Shown here piece after piece: positions 27,784-39,330 of a DNA stretch of 64,000 nucleotides. The notes beneath the pieces are model-generated. The model was given only the letters and a program-made list of their open reading frames with translations, searched no databases and had not been told where the DNA came from. Source of the stretch: an uncultured Acidobacteriota bacterium (lineage in GTDB: Bacteria; Acidobacteriota; Thermoanaerobaculia; Multivoradales; SZUA-115); contig CAWDVR010000003.1 of NCBI GenBank assembly GCA_963805975.1, positions 864,001 to 928,000 on the forward strand, written 5' to 3'. Every line of letters begins with the position of its first letter. Position 1 is the stretch's first letter. The position numbers and the translations under genes were made by a program.

Positions 27784-28299
27784 ATGGCGCAGTTCACGGT
27801 CAACGCGACCCGATTCGATCCGTACAAGAACTTCAAGTTCCGCGTCAAGTGGGATGGCCGCTACGTCGCCGGGATCAGCAAGGTCGGTGCGCTCAAGCGC
27901 TCGACCGAGGTGGTGGAGCACCGTGAGGGTGGCGACCCCTCGACCAGCCGCAAGTCGCCCGGCCGCACCAAGTACGAGGCGATCACCCTCGAGCGCGGCG
28001 TGACCCACGACCTCGAGTTCGAGAACTGGGCGAACAAGGTGTGGAACTTCGAGGGCGGGGCGGGCCTCGAGTCCTCGCTCGCCGACTTCCGCAAGGACGT
28101 CATCATCGACGTCTTCAACGAGGCGGGGCAGAAGGCGATCTCCTACAAGGTCTACCGCTGCTGGGTGTCGGAGTTCCAGGCCCTGCCGGACCTCGACGCC
28201 AACGCCAACGCTGTCGCCATCCAGACGCTCAAGCTCGAGAACGAGGGTTGGGAGCGCGACGCGGACACTCCGGAGCCGGCGGAGCCGACCTTCCCCTAG
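27784..28299 (+). CDS. Tail tube protein (T4 gp19-like, Afp1/5)
   Basis: DPYKNFKFRV, HREGG, PGRTKYEAITLERG motifs. Confidence 0.95.
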   Translation: MAQFTVNATRFDPYKNFKFRVKWDGRYVAGISKVGALKRSTEVVEHREGGDPSTSRKSPGRTKYEAITLERGVTHDLEFENWANKVWNFEGGAGLESSLADFRKDVIIDVFNEAGQKAISYKVYRCWVSEFQALPDLDANANAVAIQTLKLENEGWERDADTPEPAEPTFP

Positions 28300-28302
28300 G
28301 GC

Positions 28303-29157
28303 ATGAGCGTCGAGGTCGCCCTACCCGGTGGGTTCGAGCACGGCGGAAGCTGGCGCCGGCGGGTGGCGCTGCGGCCTCTCTCGGGCCGGGACCAGGCGTT
28401 CCTGGCCGACGAGCTCGCCGGTGCCCGGCCGGCGGCCCGCACCACCGCGCTCCTCGGGCGCTGCGTGACGCTCGATCCGGGCCTGCCGCCGGCGGGCGCA
28501 GAGCTGGTGCGCGCGCTCACCATCGGGGACCGCGAGGCGCTGCTCTTGCACCTGCGCCGGGCGATGCTCGGCGAGCGCCTGTCGGCGGTCGCCACCTGCG
28601 CGGCCTGCGGCGAGAAGCTGGACCTGGACCTCGAGGTCGGGAGCCTGCTGCTGCCGCCCTATCCGCACGAGGGCGCCCTCCACCTGGCCGAGATCGAAGC
28701 GCAGGGCCGACGCTACCGCACGACCTTCCGGCTGCCCACGGGCGCCGACCAGGAATGGGCGGCGCCGTTCGCCGCCGACCGAGGCGAAGGCTGCGGCCCA
28801 GGGCTGCTCGAGCGCTGTGTGCGCTCCGTGGAAGACGAGGCCGGCATTCTTCTCCCGGGCCTGCCGCCCGCCGTGGCAGAGGCGTTGCCGGAGCTCATGG
28901 CCGAGCTCGACCCGCAGGCGGAGATCGAGATCGGCGCCGCCTGCCCGGCCTGCGGTGTGGGCTCGAGCACGCTCTTCGACGCCGGCCAGTACGTGTGCCA
29001 GGAGCTTCTGGAGCAGGGCGACCGCCTGTGGCGCGAGGTCCACCTGCTCGCCTGGCACTATCACTGGAGCGAGCGCGAGATCCTGCGGCTCTCGGCCACC
29101 CAGCGCCGGCGCTACCTTCGCCTGTTGTCCGAGGCACTGGCGGGAGAAGCCGCGTGA
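28303..29157 (+). CDS. eCIS tail-assembly/baseplate-associated protein with two CxxC motifs and a DUF6760-like C-terminus
   Basis: LTIGDREALLL, CAACG, CPACG, EVHLLAWHYHWSEREIL. Confidence 0.75.
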   Translation: MSVEVALPGGFEHGGSWRRRVALRPLSGRDQAFLADELAGARPAARTTALLGRCVTLDPGLPPAGAELVRALTIGDREALLLHLRRAMLGERLSAVATCAACGEKLDLDLEVGSLLLPPYPHEGALHLAEIEAQGRRYRTTFRLPTGADQEWAAPFAADRGEGCGPGLLERCVRSVEDEAGILLPGLPPAVAEALPELMAELDPQAEIEIGAACPACGVGSSTLFDAGQYVCQELLEQGDRLWREVHLLAWHYHWSEREILRLSATQRRRYLRLLSEALAGEAA

Positions 29158-29310
29158 GCCGCTTCCTGGAGAACCTCGTGCTCCGCGCCGCGGGCCTGCC
29201 GGCAGAGATCCGGCCGCGGGCGCTGCCGGAGGCGGCCGAGGCGGGGGAGGGGTGGAAGGGTTTGCACGAAACGGCTCGGCCCGAAACGGCTGGCACCTCG
29301 GAGCCGGGCG

Positions 29311-29709
29311 CCCCTCACCCTAGCCCTCTCCCCGCAAGCGGGGCGAGGGGACCGGAAAAGGCAAGCTCTCCGCCTTCTGTGGCTGGGCGGGGACGGGGTG
29401 AGGGCGGCCTGGAAGCCGCGTGCTTCCTCCTCCGCCCCTCACCCTAGCCCTCTCCCCGCAAGCGGGGCGAGGGGACCGGAGAAAAGGCAAGCTCTCCGCC
29501 TTCTGTGGCCGGGCGGAGACGCCCTCTCCCGCTCGCGGGGGAGGGCCGAGGTGAGGGTGGCCTGGAACCGCGTGCTTCCTCCGTCGCCCCTCACCCTAGC
29601 CCTCTCCCCGCAAGCGGGGCGAGGGGACCGGGAAAAGGCAAGCTCTCCGCCTTCTGTGGCTGGTCGGGGGCGCACTCTCCCGCTCGCGGGAGAGGGACGG
29701 GGTGAGGGG
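29311..29709. repeat. Three tandem BoxC-like palindromic doublet units
   Basis: CCCCTCACCCTAGCCCTCTCCCCGCAAGCGGGGCGAGGGGACCGG starts at 29311, 29435 and 29587; each unit closes with an inverted GGTGAGGG. Confidence 0.92.
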
Positions 29710-29743
29710 ATAGCTCACGAAACCGCGAGCCCACCGACTCGTC

Positions 29744-29853
29744 CCCCAGGTCCTTCGCTTCGCTCAGCACGACAGGTTCGAGCGCTGGAGCCTCCGGGGG
29801 CGGATGCGAAGACCGCCCGCCCTCGTCATCCTGAGCGCAGCGAAGGACCTGGG
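29744..29853. repeat. CGTC/GTCATCC-type REP doublet
   Basis: CCCAGGTCCTTCGCTTCGCTCAGCACGAC ... GTCATCCTGAGCGCAGCGAAGGACCTGGG (inverted pair). Confidence 0.85.
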
Positions 29854-30112
29854 CGGGGGAGCGCCAACGAGCACACGCCGGCCCGCCTGCTGCCCGCACC
29901 CGCCCCACTTGTGGAGCTTTCTTCGCCGAAGGCCGCGGCGCCCGCACCACCGCGCATCGAGGTCCACATCGGCCGGGTGGAGCTCCGCGCACCACAGCCC
30001 GTGATCGAACCCGAGCCCGAGCCTGCTTTCTATCGTCCACCGCGCGGCTTCGAAGGCCTGGCCCTGGCGCGGCGTCACCTGGACCGGCGCTGGTACTAGC
30101 GAGGCTTGCGCT

Positions 30113-31344
30113 ATGGCCAACTTCATCGCCCTCGCCGGAGTGAGCCTCACGCTGCGGAACCTGCTCGAGGACCGCATGGAGCAGCCGGTGGACGTCACCA
30201 TCGCGCCGCCGGACGTGCAGGTCTCGGGCTTCACCGAGCGCCGCGTGAACCTCTACCTCTACCAGTTGGCCGAGAACCCGCACTTGAAGAACCAGGAGCT
30301 TCCGGGCCAGGGCCATGCCGGCACCCTCGGCCGGCCGCCGCTGTCGCTCGACCTCAACTATCTGGTGACCGCCTACGGAGCGAGCGAGACCGGTCCGCAT
30401 GCGGACCTCGATGCGCAGCAGATCCTGGGCGACGTGATGCGCGCTTTCCACGAGTTCCCGCTGATCACCCCCGGTCTCCACCGCGGGGACCTGCCGGCCA
30501 ACCCGCAGATCCTCGACGTGTCCCTCTTGGGCGAGCTCGAGCGCATCAAGATCACCCTCCATCCCACCAGCGTCGACGAGCTGTCGAAGATCTGGACGGC
30601 GCTGCCGCAGGCGAGCTTCCGCCGCTCCGTGGCCTACAACGTGTCCGTGGTGCAGATCGACAGCCGCCGGCGCCGCGCCAGCGTGCTGCCGGTGCAGGAG
30701 CGCCGGGTCTACGCCTTCCCGATCGCCATGCCGCGCATCACCGAGGTGCGGCGCGATCCGGCGTTCCACGACGTCGAGGGAGGGATCACGGAGGTTGGGG
30801 ACACGATCCTCGTCCTGGGTGAGAATTTGGGCGCAACGGGCACGCGGGTGCGCATCGGCGAGGTGCTGGTGGCGGTGGCCGCGCCGCAGGCGACCCGCCT
30901 GGAGCTGATCGTGCCGGCCGGCCTGCCCGCCGGTGTGGCGCCGTTGCAGGTGGTGCAGGATCTGCTGCTCGCCGGCGCGCCCGGTGACCCGCCGGTACCG
31001 CACCGGGGAAGCGAGTCGAACACCGTGCCGCTCCTGGTGCTGCCGCGGCTCACCCTGCTCAACCCGGCGGCAGGCAGTGCGGGAGACTTGATCACCGCGA
31101 CGGTCTCGCCGCCGGCCCTCGCCCGCCAGAGGAAGAGCCTGCTGCTCGGCCCGTTCGAGATCCCGGCGCTGCCGGTCGAGCAGGACGAGCCGCCCTCCGC
31201 CACGGTCCAGTTCCGGTTGCCCGCGGCAGCAGCGGCTCTGCCGGCCGGCAACTATCTCGCCCGCGTGCGCATCGATGGTGCCGAGAGCCGCCTCGACTTC
31301 GACACCAACACCATGCAGTTCACCGGCCCGAGCTTCACGGTGAT

Positions 31345-31348
<4 letters not shown>
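30113..31348 (+). CDS. DUF4255/Pvc16(Afp16)-like tail terminator with IPT/TIG-like C-terminal domains
   Basis: VNLYLYQLAENP, PPLSLDLNYLVTAY, LSKIWTAL, SVAYNVSVVQI. Confidence 0.88.
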
Positions 31349-33566
<2,218 letters not shown>

Positions 33567-33570
<4 letters not shown>

Positions 33571-33767
33571 GCACGCCCTTCGAGGACAGCCTCGCCGCGG
33601 CGCTCCGGGCGCGGTTCGGCGCCGGCGAGGCGCTGCGGCGCTTCGCCGACCTGCACCTGGACCAGCTCACGGTCGACCTGCCGGCGGGCACCGACGCGGT
33701 GGATCACGGCGCGCTGGCGGACGCCATCGCCACCGCTCTCGACGACCTGCTGCGGGGTGAAGCATGA
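33567..33767 (+). CDS. Small hypothetical eCIS protein
   Basis: 66 aa ORF overlapping both neighbours by GTGA/ATGA. Confidence 0.6.
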
Positions 33768-35647
33768 GCGCGGTACAACGGCAGAGCGCGGCCAAGCAGG
33801 CGAGCGCGCAGCAGACCGCGCAGGAGCGCCCGCCGGTGCGCGAGGCGGAGCCGGAGGACGCGCTCGGCACCCTCCTCGGCTTGCAAGCGGGCTTCGGCAA
33901 CCAGGCGGTGAAGCGCGCCGGGGACGCCTGCCCCAACCTCGCCGCCTGCCCCACCGGCGGCGCGTGCCACGAGTGCGCTCAGAAGGCGGCGAGCGGGAAT
34001 GGAGTGGAGCACGCCGGGGCGAGTGGTGGCCCGGCCCCTCGTGAGGCCGCCCCCGCCCAGATCCTTCGCTCCGCTCAGGATGACAGTGTCGAGACGGCTT
34101 CCAGCCCCGATGTCATCCCGAGCGCAGCGAGGGATCTGGAGGCTGGGGACACCGCTGCGGCCGAGACCCCGGGCTCCGCTCAGAGCACTGCCTTCCTAGT
34201 CGACGACCCCGCGAGCGCCACCGAGCCGGCCCAGATGTCCAAGGAGCTGTTCCTTTCCGAGCTGCGATCGCAGGTCTCCGTCGCGGCCGAGGAAGAGCTC
34301 GCCGGCACCGGCCGCACGGCCCGCGACTGCCCGTGGATCGAGCACTGGTTCGGCTACTTCGAGCACCGCAGCGCCGAGCGGGTGGAGAGCGCCCTGCGGC
34401 GGTACGCACCGGAGACCACGACGGCCCAAAGCGCCGGTGAGTACATGTCTCCGGTGGTCGAACGGGTGCGGCGGTCCGTGGCGCACTGGGCCGCGACCGG
34501 CGAGGTCACCGGGGTGCCCGCCGAGGGCCTGGCGGCGGGGGCCGCGGGCGCGACGCTCGCGAGCGCCAGCCAGGGCCTCTCGGCCGGGCTGATGTTCAAG
34601 GCGCGCGAAGGCGGCGCCCGCACCCCGCAGGACCTGCACACCCTACAAGCCCGCCTCGGAGAGGGCGAGGCGCTCGACGCCCCCGTGCGCTCGCGCATGG
34701 AGTCGGCCTTCGGGGCGAGCTTCGGCGGCGTGCGCGTGCACCGCGACGCCAACGCCGCGGTGCTCTCTTCCGAGGTCAACGCCCGTGCCTTCGCGCTCGG
34801 CGACCACATCGCCTTCGGCGCCGGCGAGTACCGGCCCGGCAACGTGGTGGGAGATGCGCTCATCGCCCACGAGCTGGCGCACGTGATGCAGCAGCAGGGA
34901 AGCGGCGCGGGCGGCGGGGGGAGCGCCGACTACGGCTCGCTGGAGAAGGATGCGGACCGTGGAGCCGCGGGCGCGGTGGCCTCGCTGTGGGCGGGGGCGC
35001 GCGAGGGCCTAGCGAACCTGGCGGCCAGGACCGGCCCTGCGCTGCGCTCGGGGTTGCGGTTGCAGCGGTGCAACAGCCCGGCTCCCCGTACCGACGGCTG
35101 TGTCACCGGAGATCTGACGGCGAAGACCTCCGGAGCCTTCCAGGGCGGGTGGGATGCCAACAGCTATCTGACGGGAGGAGCTAACTGGGGGGCTGTGGCC
35201 AGTCCCGGAACGGCCGGCCGAGACGGGCGCGGATACAAAGTTCAGACCACGGCTCCCTACTCGGGTCAGGAGAATCTTGGCGTCGCTCAGACCATGACTC
35301 ACACTGGAGCGAACCAAGCCTTTCTAGATGGCACCGCCGGCTACCTGGGTCTGCCTGCTGGAAGCGTCACGAATGGTACGACTTACAACGAACCAGTGCT
35401 GGATGCCGGTGACCCCTTTGCCGCCAGACCGTGGATCCTTCGCTACCAGGATGGAATCGTGTCCTTCTGTGATGTCCCCAGGGCTGGAGCAGGAGAGCAA
35501 GGCAGCATCGACTTCGTCACCAGCTTCCACTCGAGGGGTGCGCCGTGCTCGAAGCGCTGGTATTCCGTTACCTGGAGGTGGACGATCGACTTCACGCCCG
35601 GCAATGATGTGAATACAGTCACGCAGCAGTCCCAATCGTCCGGCTGA
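33764..35647 (+). CDS. DUF4157 (eCIS core) effector with a variable C-terminal domain
   Basis: LQAGFGNQAV leader, CPTGGACHEC, MESAFGASFGGVRVH...ARAFALG...LIAHELAHVMQQ, then SGLRLQRC and an AT-richer C-terminus. Confidence 0.88.
   Translation: MSAVQRQSAAKQASAQQTAQERPPVREAEPEDALGTLLGLQAGFGNQAVKRAGDACPNLAACPTGGACHECAQKAASGNGVEHAGASGGPAPREAAPAQILRSAQDDSVETASSPDVIPSAARDLEAGDTAAAETPGSAQSTAFLVDDPASATEPAQMSKELFLSELRSQVSVAAEEELAGTGRTARDCPWIEHWFGYFEHRSAERVESALRRYAPETTTAQSAGEYMSPVVERVRRSVAHWAATGEVTGVPAEGLAAGAAGATLASASQGLSAGLMFKAREGGARTPQDLHTLQARLGEGEALDAPVRSRMESAFGASFGGVRVHRDANAAVLSSEVNARAFALGDHIAFGAGEYRPGNVVGDALIAHELAHVMQQQGSGAGGGGSADYGSLEKDADRGAAGAVASLWAGAREGLANLAARTGPALRSGLRLQRCNSPAPRTDGCVTGDLTAKTSGAFQGGWDANSYLTGGANWGAVASPGTAGRDGRGYKVQTTAPYSGQENLGVAQTMTHTGANQAFLDGTAGYLGLPAGSVTNGTTYNEPVLDAGDPFAARPWILRYQDGIVSFCDVPRAGAGEQGSIDFVTSFHSRGAPCSKRWYSVTWRWTIDFTPGNDVNTVTQQSQSSG
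34057..34139. repeat. GTCATCC-type REP doublet inserted in frame in the DUF4157 gene
   Basis: CCAGATCCTTCGCTCCGCTCAGGATGACA ... TGTCATCCCGAGCGCAGCGAGGGATCTGG, encoding QILRSAQDD...VIPSAARDL. Confidence 0.88.
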
Positions 35648-35664
35648 CAGGTGGGAGAGGATTC

Positions 35665-36012
35665 GTGGTGGAGACATCGAAGCGGCTCGAGGGTCTTTTG
35701 CATCGGCTTCGAGAGCTCAAGGTCGAAGGAGTGGGCCGTGGTGGGCCCTTCCTGGGAGTCGTTCACAACGAGGTTACGCGTGAGCTTCTGGCAGAAGGAA
35801 TGGGAATCGTGCCCTTGCTTCTCGAACGGATCGGGAGCAGTGAGCTCGATGAGACGATCTTCCTCGTCTTTCTCCTCCGTGAGCTGCGATCCATCAATGC
35901 TAAGGGTGCAATAGAAAAACTGCTGGATTCCCCTAGATTTCGTGGCAAGCCGCGAGACCTGACGCTCGAGATGCAGGTGCAGTTCTACCTGCGTGATGTG
36001 GACTCGTGGTGA
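35665..36012 (+). CDS. Small helical protein, candidate immunity protein
   Basis: Directly downstream of the effector C-terminus with the same atypical codon usage; GGAGAGG RBS. Confidence 0.6.
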   Translation: MVETSKRLEGLLHRLRELKVEGVGRGGPFLGVVHNEVTRELLAEGMGIVPLLLERIGSSELDETIFLVFLLRELRSINAKGAIEKLLDSPRFRGKPRDLTLEMQVQFYLRDVDSW

Positions 36013-37253
36013 GTCGCTGGACAGCCGAGCGCCGCAGACTGGAGGCGATCAAAATGGAGGCGAGAAGCACACCCTTTCGCGGATCGGCTGTGTGGCTGCA
36101 GGCAAGGGCCTCGAGTGGTCTAAAGCGCTTGGCTCGGCCTGGGCTCCGCTTCGGCTCGCGCTCCATCTCCTCCTTCCACCTCTGCGGCATCGTCGGCTGG
36201 GTCACCGGCATCGCGCTCGCCTGCTTCCTCACCGCGCACCAGGGCCTGCCGCTGTGGGTCACGGGGGTCTTGGCCGTGGGGTCGATCGTCACCTTCCTCG
36301 CCCTGGTGATGGCGATGAAGATCGCCACCGGCGAGGAGAACATCGTCTACTACCACCACGAGATCGCGGTGGTGGCGGTGTCGGCGCTCACGCTGTGGCT
36401 CCTCGGCCAGCCGGTGCTGCCATACCTCGACGCGGTGCTCCTGGGGCTCGGGCTGTTCCTCGCCTGCGGGCGCGTCGGCTGCCTGATGGTGGGCTGCTGC
36501 CACGGGAGGCCGCATTCCTGGGGCGTCTGCTACGGCCACGAGCACGCCGCGGCCGGCTTCACGCCGCACCTGGTGGGCGTGCGGCTCTTCCCCATCCAGC
36601 TCGTCGAATCGGTCTACGTGCTGGCGACAGTCGCGGTGGGCACGGCGATGGTGCTCCGCGGCGCCGCGCCGGGCTCGGCGCTGGCTTTCTACTCGATCGC
36701 CTACGGCCTGGCCCGATTTTCCTTCGAGTTCTTCCGCGGCGACGCAGCGCGGCCCTACCTGCGTGGCTTCTCCGAGGCGCAGTGGACCACGCTGGGTCTC
36801 ATGATCGGCACCGCCGCGGCCGAGCTGGCTGGCTTCCTACCGCTCGCCTGGTGGCACGTGGGCGCCGCCGCGGCGCTGGCCGTGGCGATGGTCTTCGTGG
36901 GCCTGGGCGAGAACCGGCAGCGAGCCCTGTTCCGGGCCCGGCACATGGAACAGCTCGCGGCCCTGGCCCAGGCGGCGAGCCAGGAAGCCGGGGCCGGTGG
37001 CGCGGTGGCGATCGGCCAGACCGAGCTCGGCATCCAGCTCTCGGCGAGCCGCGTGCACGAGGAGGCGGGAGAGCTCGAGGTGCTGGGGTTCTCCTCGCCC
37101 CGTGAGCCCCTGCCGGACCGCGCCACCTCCCGCCTCACGCGGCTGCTCGCCCGGCTGCGGCGCGTGGAGAGGCCGGAGCGGGTCCTGGCCTCGAGCGGTG
37201 GCGTGGTGCACCTCGTCCTGCCGGCGCCGGCCGCCGGAGCGGAGAGCCCGTGA
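36006..37253 (+). CDS. Divergent prolipoprotein diacylglyceryl transferase (Lgt)-like membrane protein with an extra C-terminal domain
   Basis: GRVGCLMVGCCHG, FPIQLVES and YGLARFSFEFFRGD Lgt motifs; about 7 TM helices. The start may be 36054. Confidence 0.82.
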   Translation: MVSRWTAERRRLEAIKMEARSTPFRGSAVWLQARASSGLKRLARPGLRFGSRSISSFHLCGIVGWVTGIALACFLTAHQGLPLWVTGVLAVGSIVTFLALVMAMKIATGEENIVYYHHEIAVVAVSALTLWLLGQPVLPYLDAVLLGLGLFLACGRVGCLMVGCCHGRPHSWGVCYGHEHAAAGFTPHLVGVRLFPIQLVESVYVLATVAVGTAMVLRGAAPGSALAFYSIAYGLARFSFEFFRGDAARPYLRGFSEAQWTTLGLMIGTAAAELAGFLPLAWWHVGAAAALAVAMVFVGLGENRQRALFRARHMEQLAALAQAASQEAGAGGAVAIGQTELGIQLSASRVHEEAGELEVLGFSSPREPLPDRATSRLTRLLARLRRVERPERVLASSGGVVHLVLPAPAAGAESP

Positions 37254-38062
37254 AATCGCGTGCGCTCGACCCCTCGCTCGAGCCCGCCTCGAAGCGCCCC
37301 GAGCCTGCGGTGCCGAGCCGCGCTCCGGTGGAGCCGGAAGGTGCCGAGAAGGCACTGTTCGACGCGGGAGCCATGGGCAACCAGGCATTTCAGCAGCGCA
37401 ATCGGCCGGGGGCCTCGGCTCGCGAGGGTGTGGTGGACATGTCGCCCGCCGCCGGCGGGGCCCCGGCGGCCTCGCCCTCTGCGGCGACCTCGCCGGGACC
37501 GCCTGTCGTCGACGGGATCACAATCGTTGACAGCCCCGCGGGTGCCGTCACCGGGTTCCCTACCATCCTCGGCCGCGCCAGCCACGACGTGCCGGGCCCG
37601 TTCAACGATCAGGCAACCGGCGAGTGCCGGAACTCCCATCAGGTCCACTTCCACCTCGCAAGCGGCAGCTCCGGCAACCTGACGCCGCGGCGCGAGGTGA
37701 AGCGATCAGTGTTCCAGGCTGGGGCCGAGCACAGGAAACCGACCGATCTGCCGGGACAGCCCGGTGGGTTCGGTGGCACGAGGACAGGCCCGGACGGGCC
37801 AGGACCGCACGTCCTGCAACCTTCGGCCGACCTGATCGCCATCGCCGATGCCCCCGGAACACTGGCTCTCACGCCCGCCCAATATCCGTTCGTCTATTCA
37901 GCGGCCTTCACGCTCACGGTGGCCAGCGGCGGGCTCGACATCGCCCGCACCAGGTACTACGTCTTCATCGAGAAGAACAGCGCCACCAGTATCCCCAACG
38001 AAGAGAACACGGTCTTCCCGATCGAGAAGAAAGATCTCATCAACAATAGGGACCTCCCATGA
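37250..38062 (+). CDS. Putative eCIS cargo protein (shared N-terminal leader, no DUF4157)
   Basis: First ~50 aa nearly colinear with the next gene (EPAVPSR...AGAMGNQAFQ). Confidence 0.7.
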   Translation: MKSRALDPSLEPASKRPEPAVPSRAPVEPEGAEKALFDAGAMGNQAFQQRNRPGASAREGVVDMSPAAGGAPAASPSAATSPGPPVVDGITIVDSPAGAVTGFPTILGRASHDVPGPFNDQATGECRNSHQVHFHLASGSSGNLTPRREVKRSVFQAGAEHRKPTDLPGQPGGFGGTRTGPDGPGPHVLQPSADLIAIADAPGTLALTPAQYPFVYSAAFTLTVASGGLDIARTRYYVFIEKNSATSIPNEENTVFPIEKKDLINNRDLP

Positions 38063-38087
38063 CGCTCGCCCAAATCCGTTTCCACTC

Positions 38088-39317
38088 ATGAAATCCCAAT
38101 CGTCGGACACCTCGCGCGAGCCCGCCGCGAAACGCTCCGAGCCTGCCGTGCCGAGCCGCGTCCCGGCGCAAGCCGGGGGCCCGGACAAGGCGCTGAACGA
38201 GGCCGGCGCGATGGGCAACCAGGCGTTCCAGCGGCGCGGGCGAGCCTCCAAGGAAGCCGGGGGATCAGCCTCAGCCGCCGCCGAGCCGGCGCCGGCACCG
38301 CTGACGCGGGACGATCCGGAGGCGATCCTCGCCCGGCTGGGCGAGGGCAAGCCGCTCGACTCCGAGGCCCGCCGCCGGATGGAGGCGGTCTTCGGTGAGG
38401 ACTTCTCCGGCGTGCGCCTGCACGACGACGCCACCGCCGCGCTCCTGGCCTCGGACTTCGACGCCCGCGCCTTCACCGTCGGCGAGCACGTGGCCCTGGG
38501 CGGTGGTGGGCTCGAGCCCGGTACCGCGGTGGGCGATGCCGTGCTGGCCCACGAGCTGGCGCACGTGCTGCAGCAGCGCGGGGGGGCCCCCGGCGCGGAG
38601 AAGGAGGACGCGGCTGGCAGCAGTTTCCTCGAACGTGACGCCGATCAGGCCGCGGCGTCGGCCACGGCCTCCCTCTGGACGGGCGCCCAGGGTGCCGGCA
38701 CCGGCATCACCCCGGTGGACAAGCCGAGCGGACGGTCCGGGCTGCGCCTGTCACGCTGCGATGGTGGCAAACCGAAGCCGGCCCCGCCGGCCAAGAAGTC
38801 GGTGACCGTGAAGCGCTCCAAGCTGCATGGCAGCACCTACGACATCGACTCGGGGTTCGACTACGCCAACACCAAGGTCTACAACCAGGTGAACGTGGAG
38901 GTGAAGAAGGGGAAGGAGGAGAACCTCGACGAGGCGAAGACGACACCCATCCTCGGCGACGACCTGATCCTCGAAGAGTTCAGCGACCCCAAGGCGCCGA
39001 CCGAAGAGGAGAAGAAGCTGTTCAAGGTCAACCAGGCCACGGACGAGATCACCGCCTACTTCGTCAAGGGCCTCTCCGCCGGCAGCACCGGCGAGCAGTT
39101 CCGACCGGCCCACGGCCACAGCTTCGTCGGACTGGTGGTGAGCAACGACGGCAACGACCCGACCTTCGCTCACGAGCTCGGCCACATCCTGCTCGACGAC
39201 GGCGGGCACGACGTGCCGGACGACACCTACCTGATGTTCGGCTCCAAGACCGCCGGCAAGCACAAGCTCACCGAGGATCAGAAGACCAAGATCCTGGCGA
39301 GCAAGTTCGTGAAGTGA
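38088..39317 (+). CDS. DUF4157 effector with a C-terminal zinc metallopeptidase (metzincin-like) domain
   Basis: DUF4157 (MEAVFGEDFSGVRLH...LAHELAHVLQQ), SGLRLSRC, then AHELGHILLDDGGH...YLM. Confidence 0.85.
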   Translation: MKSQSSDTSREPAAKRSEPAVPSRVPAQAGGPDKALNEAGAMGNQAFQRRGRASKEAGGSASAAAEPAPAPLTRDDPEAILARLGEGKPLDSEARRRMEAVFGEDFSGVRLHDDATAALLASDFDARAFTVGEHVALGGGGLEPGTAVGDAVLAHELAHVLQQRGGAPGAEKEDAAGSSFLERDADQAAASATASLWTGAQGAGTGITPVDKPSGRSGLRLSRCDGGKPKPAPPAKKSVTVKRSKLHGSTYDIDSGFDYANTKVYNQVNVEVKKGKEENLDEAKTTPILGDDLILEEFSDPKAPTEEEKKLFKVNQATDEITAYFVKGLSAGSTGEQFRPAHGHSFVGLVVSNDGNDPTFAHELGHILLDDGGHDVPDDTYLMFGSKTAGKHKLTEDQKTKILASKFVK

Positions 39318-39330
39318 GGGCGAGAAGAGA

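Larger units (their letters stand above)
29154..30099 (+). pseudogene. Low-complexity eCIS protein disrupted (net frameshift) by palindromic repeat insertions
   Basis: The N-terminus VSRFLENLVLRAAG stops at 29447. The C-terminus IEVHIGRVELRA lies in another frame. The middle is made of repeats. Confidence 0.65.

Noticed and set aside
29311-29709. Possible CRISPR array (three near-identical ~45 bp repeats)
   Set aside because: The intervening sequences are similar to each other and contain the inverted repeat, there are no cas genes, and the same unit flanks DUF559. This is a REP-like tandem.
36006-37253. Housekeeping lgt gene symbol
   Set aside because: The motif set is divergent, there is an extra C-terminal domain, and the gene is in an eCIS context. 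It is treated as a paralog, so no symbol was assigned.
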